Of a DNA stretch of 32,000 bases, positions 11,101 through 16,284 are shown piece by piece. The stretch is taken from contig JBBABY010000004.1 of the NCBI GenBank assembly GCA_041657425.1, forward strand, positions 69,789-101,788. The letters run 5' to 3'. Numbering within the stretch: position 1 is the stretch's first letter; every line of letters starts with the position of its first letter. The position numbers and the translations under genes are program-made. The notes under the pieces are model-generated. The model did not search any database. It saw nothing but the letters and a program-made list of their open reading frames with translations, and was not told the origin of the DNA. The stretch is from an archaeon (GTDB lineage Archaea; Iainarchaeota; Iainarchaeia; Iainarchaeales; CSSED10-239).

Positions 11101-14026
11101 GAGAATTATATGCAATGATTTCTGGAACTGTAATTATTAGATTTCTCTTTTGTTTTATTTCAAAACTTAATCTTTTTTCTATAACTTTACTATTAAATGT
11201 ACTTTTTATATCTAAGTAAGTTATTCCTGTATCTTTTGCTTTAAATAATATATATTGTTTTCTGTTCACGCCTGATTGTATTACAAATACTGAAGAACTT
11301 AATTTTGTATCTTGTGAATCAAGACTAGAGGTTGGAAACAATTCTGTTTCTTGATAACTTATTAAACCAACTATTGGCTTACTATTGTCAGTTTGTGCTT
11401 CTATTGTTAGTTCTCCATTTAACACACTGTAATAACTCAATTCAAGAAGATATAAGTCATCTTTTACTGCAAAGAAACTTTCTTTTGAATAATCAAAATT
11501 ATCTTTATCTAAAAATTTGTAATCAACACAAAGATTATTAGAGCACTCTGCTGGACTCTCTAAAATGTTTAAGGATAAATCTTTTGTTTCTGCATATAAG
11601 CTTTGTCGTGAAGAATTATTTTTTGAAGTTCCAAGTATCGTGTCTTCAGGATCTCTGTATGTTGAACCAGTAACATCACACCATGCTCTATACTTGATTG
11701 GCATTGTGCCGATTTCACTTGCTTTAACTTTTAACATTACTTGCTTGTTTGTTAATGTACTACTTGGCCAATATAATTCTAACCATTTATTTAATTGATT
11801 TGGTTGTCCAACATTATCTGTATCAATTGATTGTTCTCCAGAATTATAAGTTGTAGAATATTTGTAGGTTATTGTGTCTGCTTTAAATCCGGTTATTCCA
11901 TAAGTCATGTTTTCAGAATCAGACTCGAAATATTCTCCTGCTCTGAAATGCACTCCGCAACTTTTTGCATCAATTGGGAGTTGTAAATCAAAGACAAGAT
12001 AGTAATCTGCATCTTTACTTAGAACACTTGTTGGATTATTATATATATCTCTTAATTCTATAAATGTAATTACTGGATTATAATCTATAACTGATGGTTT
12101 AAGAGCTACTGATAATTTTTCGCTATCTCCAACAACTGCAGAAACAATTGTTGTCGCGCCATTTTCATCTGTATATTCTATTAATAAATCCCTATAGCCT
12201 TGAGTATTGAATGACAATGGAGTTTCATCAAGACAGGTGTCTGAAAGAATCTCTCCAAGTTTTGATTTTACAACAACACATCCGTTGGTTACACCATTTC
12301 CATGTAAGTCTTTTAATTCTAAAGTAACTATCTTTGATGCATCGTTAATTGTTAAAATTACTTTATTGTCCTTAAATGGATCAATAGTTATTTCCTTAGA
12401 AGCATTAGCATCTCCAACAACCCCTACAACATTATATTTTTCTCCTGATTTGGTATAGACTGAAGTAAATCCTGTAAGATCAACTTGAAGTGGGCCTAAG
12501 CCTATTGGAACAAACTTTCCTCCTAATTCTTTGTATACTAAAACATTCGCTTTCGAGATTGGATTATTTACTCCATCATAAACATAAATTGAAAGCTTGT
12601 AACTATTATCTGTAGTAATTTTTTCTAAACTAATTTCTAAATCATTTGATAAAGAAATATTCACATATTGTTGTAAACAAAGATATCCATCTTTACAAGC
12701 AGTAACTACATATTCTTGATTTTGATCAAGACCATTAAATATTACTTGCCCATCCATTTCTGTGGTTTTAGAAGATAAAAGATTTCCAGTTAAACTGTAT
12801 AATGAAATGCCTACTTGATCTAATGGGCCAACTAAGTTTTCTGTAACTTTAACTTTTAAATCAGAACTTCCTGCAATCATCTTTATAGTAATTGTTTCTT
12901 CGCTTTTTAATAATCTATATGTTACATTGTACGTATCACTGTCATAAATTCTATAGCCTTCTTTAGTTACTACAAAACGAATTGCTTGCCCAGCATTTAA
13001 TGTAAATGTAGTTTTACCTAATTTTGTAATCTCGCTACCAATTATTTCTCCAACAGCATTATAAATGATAACATTACAATCATCAAGTAAATCCCCGTTT
13101 TGTGTTGTTGTTATTAATATTAATCTTGATTGCGTGCCTGCTAATTGAGCAGTGTTGTCGTATTCTAAATTTATAGTTCTAGTTTCATTAGAACTTGTTA
13201 ATTTTATTGTTTGAGTTAATGTTTCATAACCGTCGCTAACAATTGTTAAAGTTATATCTTTTCCTATAGGAACCCCTGTAAAATCAATCTCTCCCAATGT
13301 ATTTGGTTCTCCAATCTTTTCTTGAGCTTGACCATTGATTTTATAATCTAATGTTGCTGAGTATTTACTTACAGATTTATTAGTTTGGCTATCTGTAACT
13401 ATTAATTTTAAATTGCCAGTCTCTATTAATTCATTAAATTGTATAACTAATGGACCATCTCCGGAATACATAAATGGTTTCTCATAAACTTGAAATCCTT
13501 CTTTTGTTGCTGTGACTGTATAATCTTTTCCCGGACTTATTGCAATTCTTCTCTTTTCTCCATTACTTATTATTTCATTAAATTTAGCTTTATCATTTAA
13601 ATCTCTTATTGAAACTTGCACATAATTTAATTTATTTCCTGAATAATCCATTATGCTAAACTCAACTGTTGTCTTTGTTGCAAAGTTGATTACTAAAAAA
13701 ATGATTATTGCTAAAATAATTATTGAAAGACTTGTAACGAAAGCAAAAGAAGGAATTCCTTTATCTTCAAGAAAATCATTTAGTTTGTTTAAGCCTATTC
13801 CTTTCTTACCTAACCAATCAGAAAATGCAAAATACCTATCTTCCAAACCTCTATAGATTTTGCCAAAAATATTTCCCTCTTGCTGTTTATCCATTTCATT
13901 ATCTGAAAAATCATTATTAACTTCAGAATAATCTTCAATTTCTTGATTATCAGAAATCTCTTGATCTTCTAAATCAGAAAAATCCTCTTTTTTTGTTTTC
14001 TTTGGTTTTGCTTTTTCTTTTGCCAT
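5165..14026 (-). CDS. Giant (2953 aa) N-terminally membrane-anchored multidomain surface protein with a C-terminal NlpC/P60-CHAP-like cysteine peptidase domain
   Basis: An uninterrupted 8862-nt ORF. aa 1-91 form a Lys-rich then acidic cytoplasmic tail that includes a motif shared with the paralog. One TM helix spans aa ~92-116. aa ~120-645 hold about six CarboxypepD_reg/PEGA-like beta-sandwich repeats. aa ~650-2095 hold further beta-sandwich-like modules of the ITLVNKGS.../ITATIVNNCS.../FLLKNNGK... type (CARDB-like pattern). aa ~2103-2205 are hydrophobic, Gly- and Cys-rich segments, followed by a Thr/Pro linker and a helical region. The last ~158 aa carry a Cys-His-His papain-fold signature. 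Confidence 0.9.
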   Translation of the reverse strand: MAKEKAKPKKTKKEDFSDLEDQEISDNQEIEDYSEVNNDFSDNEMDKQQEGNIFGKIYRGLEDRYFAFSDWLGKKGIGLNKLNDFLEDKGIPSFAFVTSLSIIILAIIIFLVINFATKTTVEFSIMDYSGNKLNYVQVSIRDLNDKAKFNEIISNGEKRRIAISPGKDYTVTATKEGFQVYEKPFMYSGDGPLVIQFNELIETGNLKLIVTDSQTNKSVSKYSATLDYKINGQAQEKIGEPNTLGEIDFTGVPIGKDITLTIVSDGYETLTQTIKLTSSNETRTINLEYDNTAQLAGTQSRLILITTTQNGDLLDDCNVIIYNAVGEIIGSEITKLGKTTFTLNAGQAIRFVVTKEGYRIYDSDTYNVTYRLLKSEETITIKMIAGSSDLKVKVTENLVGPLDQVGISLYSLTGNLLSSKTTEMDGQVIFNGLDQNQEYVVTACKDGYLCLQQYVNISLSNDLEISLEKITTDNSYKLSIYVYDGVNNPISKANVLVYKELGGKFVPIGLGPLQVDLTGFTSVYTKSGEKYNVVGVVGDANASKEITIDPFKDNKVILTINDASKIVTLELKDLHGNGVTNGCVVVKSKLGEILSDTCLDETPLSFNTQGYRDLLIEYTDENGATTIVSAVVGDSEKLSVALKPSVIDYNPVITFIELRDIYNNPTSVLSKDADYYLVFDLQLPIDAKSCGVHFRAGEYFESDSENMTYGITGFKADTITYKYSTTYNSGEQSIDTDNVGQPNQLNKWLELYWPSSTLTNKQVMLKVKASEIGTMPIKYRAWCDVTGSTYRDPEDTILGTSKNNSSRQSLYAETKDLSLNILESPAECSNNLCVDYKFLDKDNFDYSKESFFAVKDDLYLLELSYYSVLNGELTIEAQTDNSKPIVGLISYQETELFPTSSLDSQDTKLSSSVFVIQSGVNRKQYILFKAKDTGITYLDIKSTFNSKVIEKRLSFEIKQKRNLIITVPEIIAYNSPIIIDVQDADNKTAINNALVKLTDEFGDTISSTKTGKNGKYIINQNFSSAKPNMEVSAPGYISFTKQLTIADTGLIYAPDSIDISFGESISQESEKITLVNKGSIQVKDLTYTITEIDKVIGLTTETQLPIALNPGAPEVIEIFSTVDPKINFKTGKSILTIYGFVGNKQVAKEITINYYRGIVKNDCLEIKPLAIYAYVGISEGSENEITATIVNNCSKSLIITPELLKAKGTTIKKDENIEIDLPTITIEPNEEITDYTITIRNNKERKSTKSYAFEIAWRNSYYALENTKLNLDLVDFSKTISVSPPLSLVSLTQEMDVTPAANQTMFLLKNNGKYPVKNIQISRFEEKLPSNIQDKIEPISFEEIKPGQSKKIIIRYEGKVDKATYATLYYKVTADAKGVKEPIEARFTVDFRFSSAGCLKVDQKKIYIYAKVGEEKSKLINVTNQCADPVGYITFDPSANISPNLYDQAFGKNTQLWLIPQSPTGFIASGQTVPYILKVKPLEYFPAKIDQSLRLIGAPLNNTPGSVVTSDRLSFSLEVEEINPDITADFKRVEEDVSVKICGEAADSDSETANFTFPIIVTDCKQEGYCDSSNAAEFIAEKIQEMHTMVINASRQVADEVDQTNCSMTSAINGSCPISELLTSEQLAKFRNIPLYVQNDSLSDNTVLSVLQNNKEATKFPTIKGAMVRPNVGATTGGLSIAGGVVIHIDNKINGCGRYKITIDGSVATKGQTKLDAENAYFFVTIDANKTEQCKKSIENIRMYLPKDIDNALSKTNTRDTWLTVISGDKDFGLPVSKGVFNTEDRFQLKTNEQKKFSQLNISVGEIAEDKTAIAKLYFKNPGEPKDPQAETINVIINNKFGIPTENEDVNYPSEFINQTAKDIKNIIEGNPADICISKDRNYMLILSFDKDFGALSLKAKTDKLQLLPTSTCTVVTATSAITEQIEIKTQELPGVKTKFNYQGKESENTFSMILEKDKGTDFNICIQGDISEIANWSNKQLVITAESKYSTVGKINSIRKSDTNITLLNYGITPQDLLKQTQKEMEVLGKDKAKTESNFYAYVDWDKAYNKEDKEAYCSTLEKYNKNVGDKLTIFKKPEACDFEKTKSEIKANNDRAAKRAGTFLAGCLTPCALATAGVDTLWNLLPILGQAKIISDIAWNCAPGCGLPAGAMYLEETEIKIPIWEIIKGFTKEITGDVGELIGKVFSPKNVAMVAGPVGASIVENKPAADRIAISDKIMGADLDPITQTTPNPNPTYPTTTKINATGISSTTTTTTKGLTPSTQVLFEGQLNNQYRYLQNYVSQPTGAPYVAPTDIRFAPGVNVATGMSDDAAVRSLFSKITTSGKLDMIKFNALSNAELTEFERIITTGSYDTPGNWITPDKKLFTDRLNQFTKSGGTSTTNIMPKRNFDDLVKATDDSKAALDTHLKTIDAKIKADYPTPPAAGTDQVYDDLITAQTKTTSAITDIDTLKTNMKSGATLKSPTEYQLDDVLTKQITTDAPKINSAIDDVDKLLGTNLAPPSTITTTIPKTLSAETVDDYLREAKGTQKLAEDQLEKSLAAKAKLEKSGWSSSKINKTKKLKILDNEIDAFTKSKEGAENTINSLENIKAGPKNTAGLYDVTDDLVKNIDEVKLSAKGLASAGVTKWTKFGRTTGKIGLDIGVVVLSNYLGNRLLEYSAETGQYNGLAYGADSSMPITEFRNGTWYKVEIDKKTNNFNFKIVNEIPSIAEDNKIVYENNKEIKEILTSEHREELLQGTPPQKTPEDTTEKTDSENPGSTVTDPETPGSAVEVSADLLQIQVNMYNEKEPKLQSYESCKFPKAPAKSACEDVSAISADYCSTFAQQVAEKNYPGIGQYVNGDAWELGKNNKVVWDAKTDSIVDFEKNLVPGAIITIGITKGIDCVKPSHAILYVGKKDGIDYVIHQFGPNIEFEPLNSRFTHDVKINRICEVVIPSSGYALYDDYAIPKVA
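5168..5641 (-). other. NlpC/P60-CHAP superfamily-like papain-fold domain (C-terminal 158 aa of the giant protein)
   Basis: DYCSTFAQQV (Cys2822, codon 5561-5563) ... PGAIITI ... PSHAILYVG (His2891, codon 5354-5356) ... DYVIHQ (His2907). Order and spacing resemble DCSG...GDLVFF...HVGIY...IHA of NlpC/P60 endopeptidases. Confidence 0.6.
5708..5767 (-). repeat. Two tandem 30-nt units (26/30 identical) in the linker preceding the peptidase domain
   Basis: Plus-strand units are tactgctgaacctggagtttctggatctgt and tactgttgaaccaggattttctgaatctgt. They encode TDSENPGSTV and TDPETPGSAV. Confidence 0.85.
7229..7342 (-). other. Thr/Pro-rich low-complexity linker (probable glycosylated hinge) inside the giant protein
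   Basis: aa ~2229-2266, ITQTTPNPNPTYPTTTKINATGISSTTTTTTKGLTPSTQ. Confidence 0.7.
7562..7720 (-). other. Internal hydrophobic Gly/Ala/Cys-rich segment of the giant protein (possible membrane-interacting element)
   Basis: aa ~2103-2155, GTFLAGCLTPCALATAGVDTLWNLLPILGQAKIISDIAWNCAPGCGLPAGAM. A second hydrophobic stretch, NVAMVAGPVGASIV, lies at 7412..7453. Confidence 0.45.
12092..13669 (-). repeat. Array of ~85-90 aa beta-sandwich (CarboxypepD_reg/PEGA-like) protein repeats, diverged at the DNA level
   Basis: A recurring pattern V.V.D..G.P......L......G...TD..G...F..L......Y.V.A.K.GY. Examples are VTATKEGFQVYEKPF, VVTKEGYRIYDSD, VVTACKDGYLCLQQ and TIVSDGYETLTQT. Confidence 0.6.
13679..13858 (-). 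other. Conserved cytoplasmic N-terminal motif plus signal-anchor TM helix shared by both giant proteins
   Basis: IYRGLEDRYFAFSDWLGKKGIGLNKLNDFLEDKGIPSFAFVTSLSIIILAIIIFLV here, compared with FYYNLEDKYFEMLDNLEEKGINLYKLVDPLEKNGIPTFPIFSVIILALFALIIFLL at 3024..3206. Confidence 0.75.
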
Positions 14027-14156
14027 TATTTATCTTTCTTTATATTTTTAAAAATATATTTTAGTATATATAAATAAAAGAATAATATATTTATATATGT
14101 TTATATTTAGAAAAAGAATATAAAGGTTAACTATTTACTGGACAAAAGTTATTTAT

Positions 14157-14185
14157 AGAAAAAGAGAAAAATAAGAAAAAGAAAA
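14157..14185 (-). terminator. Oligo-T rich tract 3' of lemA
   Basis: The minus strand reads AATTTTCTTTTTCTTATTTTTCTCTTTTTC directly after the stop codon. Confidence 0.35.
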
Positions 14186-14743
14186 TTAGAAAGAAACTTT
14201 AACATTCTTCTTTTCTTCTTGACTTGCTTCTAAGAATGTTTCTTCTTTGAAATTAAATGCGTTAGCAAACATATTGTTTGGTACTGTTTGGATCTTGTTA
14301 TTATAATCCATAACTATATCGTTATAATATTGTCTTGCATAAGCGATTTTGTTTTCAATACCTGAAAGTTCTTCTTGAAGCATTAAGAAATTTTGACTTG
14401 CTTTTAAGTCAGGATAGTTTTCAACAACTACACTTAACAAACCACCAATTGCTTTAGACATTTGATCATTTGTTTTCATTGTTGCTTTTATGTCCTTACT
14501 TTGCATTGCTTGATTTCTTAATTCTGTAATCTTTGATAAAGTTCCAGCTTCGTGCTTTGCATAGCCTTTAACTGTTTCAACTAAGTTTGGTACTAAATCG
14601 TATCTTTTTTTTAATTGAACATCTATTTGGCTCCAGCCGTTTTTAACTTTATTTCTTGCGATAATTAGAGAATTAAAAATAGTCAATGCGATTATAACAA
14701 GTACTGCAATAATTCCTAAAATTACCCAAATTGCTATATTCAT
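14186..14743 (-). CDS. lemA: LemA family membrane protein
   Basis: An N-terminal TM helix followed by the LemA signature region ...NSLIIARNKVKNGWSQIDVQLKKRYDLVPNLVETVKGYAKHE...LRNQA.... A strong SD-like AGGTGAT lies 5 nt upstream of the ATG. Confidence 0.9.
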   Translation of the reverse strand: MNIAIWVILGIIAVLVIIALTIFNSLIIARNKVKNGWSQIDVQLKKRYDLVPNLVETVKGYAKHEAGTLSKITELRNQAMQSKDIKATMKTNDQMSKAIGGLLSVVVENYPDLKASQNFLMLQEELSGIENKIAYARQYYNDIVMDYNNKIQTVPNNMFANAFNFKEETFLEASQEEKKNVKVSF

Positions 14744-14817
14744 TTATTAATCACCTTTTTATTTTAATTTCTAGATATATACTGGGTGATTATGTTTATA
14801 AATAAATTGTTTACTTA

Positions 14818-15279
14818 CTAGCTTTCTAATTTTATGAGATTTAAGACGCCCTTGTTTATTCTCTTTATTGCTTTTTTTAAATAGTTATCTGCTTTCTTTT
14901 TAGATTTTGTTTGTTTTAGAATATCTGGGTAATCTAAGAAATCTTCATCTTTGTTAAAACAAATCTCATTAAAGAGAATTGAATCCGTATTAAATTTTTC
15001 TTTTAAAAATTTCTGATGAACCTTTGCCATAGAAATAATTATATCTGAAGAATCTAGAATTTTTCTTGTAACTTTTCTTTGTTTGTGCTTACTGTAATCG
15101 ATTTTAAATTTATCAAGTTCTTCTCTTACAATAGGATGTATCTCTTGCTTTTTAGCAATAATTCCTGCAGAAGCAACTTTTATTTTTATATTTTTTTCTT
15201 TTAAGTGTTTTTTAAGAAAAAGTTCAGCACACATACTCCTAAATACATTTCCTGTACAAACGAAGAGTATTGTTTTCAT
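14818..15279 (-). CDS. Low-molecular-weight protein-tyrosine phosphatase / ArsC-like phosphatase
   Basis: MKTILFVCTGNVFRSMCAE contains the CX5R(S/T) P-loop at the very N-terminus, as in LMW-PTPs. The longest ORF starts at 15309, but the internal Met (15279) gives the canonical N-terminus. Confidence 0.85.
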   Translation of the reverse strand: MKTILFVCTGNVFRSMCAELFLKKHLKEKNIKIKVASAGIIAKKQEIHPIVREELDKFKIDYSKHKQRKVTRKILDSSDIIISMAKVHQKFLKEKFNTDSILFNEICFNKDEDFLDYPDILKQTKSKKKADNYLKKAIKRINKGVLNLIKLES

Positions 15280-15310
15280 ATTTTTCCCAATATATACTAA
15301 GAAATACAAT

Positions 15311-15688
15311 CTACTTATAATATGTATCTAATGATTTTTTAATTAATTCAATATCATGATTTTCTTGATGATTCTTTAGATAAATATCTATAAAAAGAAT
15401 TTCTTTTCTTTCTTTTGATAAATGCCAAATTACTCTCGCGCTATAATCTTTATCATCAGATATTCTCATTCGTGATTTGATTGCAATAAATTTAGAATAC
15501 TTCTCTCCAAGTTGTACCCTCTCGTTTCTTTTTGGAGACTCTTTTAATAGTTCTTCTTTTCTTGTTAAAATCGTTTGCTTAATTATTTCAAAATCTTTCA
15601 CTAAACATCTAGAATGTTTCTTTAAAACCTTATCAAACTTATGTTCAAAATTAGAAGCATTTTTAGCAACACAATCAATTGATTCCAT
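15311..15688 (-). CDS. RelE/ParE-superfamily (HigB/Gp49-like) toxin candidate, partner of the upstream DUF4065 protein
   Basis: The C-terminal pattern ...YSARVIWHLSKERKEILFIDIYLKNHQEN... is typical of the RelE-fold core strands. It starts 10 nt downstream of the DUF4065 gene. Confidence 0.6.
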   Translation of the reverse strand: MESIDCVAKNASNFEHKFDKVLKKHSRCLVKDFEIIKQTILTRKEELLKESPKRNERVQLGEKYSKFIAIKSRMRISDDKDYSARVIWHLSKERKEILFIDIYLKNHQENHDIELIKKSLDTYYK

Positions 15689-15698
15689 TGCTAATAAC

Positions 15699-16187
15699 CT
15701 ACTCTACTAGTTTTTCTAAGGACTCTGCTCTGTAAAATACTAAGTCATAATCTATTATTTCCTTATCTTTAGAAACAATATAAGGATTATCTTTGTGAGA
15801 TAAATTTGATATTTGAGTCGCAGAAAGATTTCCTAATTTTTTTATAACTTTATCAATAGTAGAGATTTCTTCTTTTGATAATTTACTTAATTTGGGAATA
15901 TCTAAAATCTTATACTTTGTGTTTTGTGATAACTGTTTAGTTTCTATTTTATTTTCCTTTTCTAGTTTATTAATTATTATTGCGATATGTACTGGGGCAG
16001 GACCAAACTCAATCTTTCTATAATCTTCATTTGTAATTGATTTATTGTTTTTTTTATAGTGATTAAAATCAGAAAAATATAATAATTTATATAATACGGT
16101 TTTTCCAAAATTTGGATTAGAACTACAATTAAAAATAATATAATGAACCATTTCACTTAATTTCTCAGAATTATAATTTATAGTCAT
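15699..16187 (-). CDS. DUF4065 / Panacea-domain (SocA/PanA-like) antitoxin
   Basis: GKTVLYKLLYFSDFNHYKKNNKSITNEDYRKIEFGPAPV plus the C-terminal ...LSATQISNLSHKDNPY... match the characteristic KLLYF.D...G..IT...Y....GPVP and SH...PW blocks of DUF4065. Confidence 0.8.
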   Translation of the reverse strand: MTINYNSEKLSEMVHYIIFNCSSNPNFGKTVLYKLLYFSDFNHYKKNNKSITNEDYRKIEFGPAPVHIAIIINKLEKENKIETKQLSQNTKYKILDIPKLSKLSKEEISTIDKVIKKLGNLSATQISNLSHKDNPYIVSKDKEIIDYDLVFYRAESLEKLVE

Positions 16188-16221
16188 ATTATTTTCCTGT
16201 TTATAAATATACTATCTTTTA

Positions 16222-16257
16222 GATATATAAAAACCTTTTGGAAGTAGCTGTCCAGTG
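16222..16257 (-). promoter_or_regulatory. Putative promoter of the PanA-toxin operon: 14-nt motif CACTGGACAGCTAC + BRE-like CCAAAAGG + TATA-like TTTTTATATA
   Basis: The minus strand reads CACTGGACAGCTAC TT CCAAAAGG TTTTTATATATC. The same motif, spacing and order occur at 23327..23361 upstream of another TA operon. Confidence 0.4.
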
Positions 16258-16260
16258 GGG

Positions 16261-16283
16261 AAAATAAAAAAAAATGAAAAAAG
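16261..16283 (-). terminator. Oligo-T terminator 3' of ppsA
   Basis: The minus strand reads CTTTTTTCATTTTTTTTTATTTT right after the stop codon at 16285-16287. Confidence 0.45.
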
Positions 16284-16284
16284 T

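Noticed and set aside
5578-13856. About fifteen plus-strand ORFs of 61-136 aa, plus one minus-strand out-of-frame ORF (7518..7703), inside the giant gene
   Set aside because: All are fully embedded in the 8862-nt ORF, either antisense or out of frame. They are Leu/Phe/Ser/Ile-rich shadow translations without promoters or recognisable domains.
14137-14144. A third occurrence of ACTGGACA, between lemA and the giant gene. A looser ACTGGTAGAAGTTA lies at 3359..3372.
   Set aside because: Only an 8-mer core is shared, and about one occurrence is expected by chance in 64 kb of two-strand sequence. The orientation and spacing to any TATA box differ from the two 14-nt copies.
15280-15309. N-terminal extensions of the longest ORFs for the LMW-PTP (MYFLVYIGKN) and for the Lrp regulator (29559..29642, MYLKLNIPFFQNFCEIAIFICLFLINTN)
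   Set aside because: Homologous families begin at the internal Met (MKTILFVCTGN... and MESLDKFDLK...). The extensions are hydrophobic translations of AT-rich promoter DNA.
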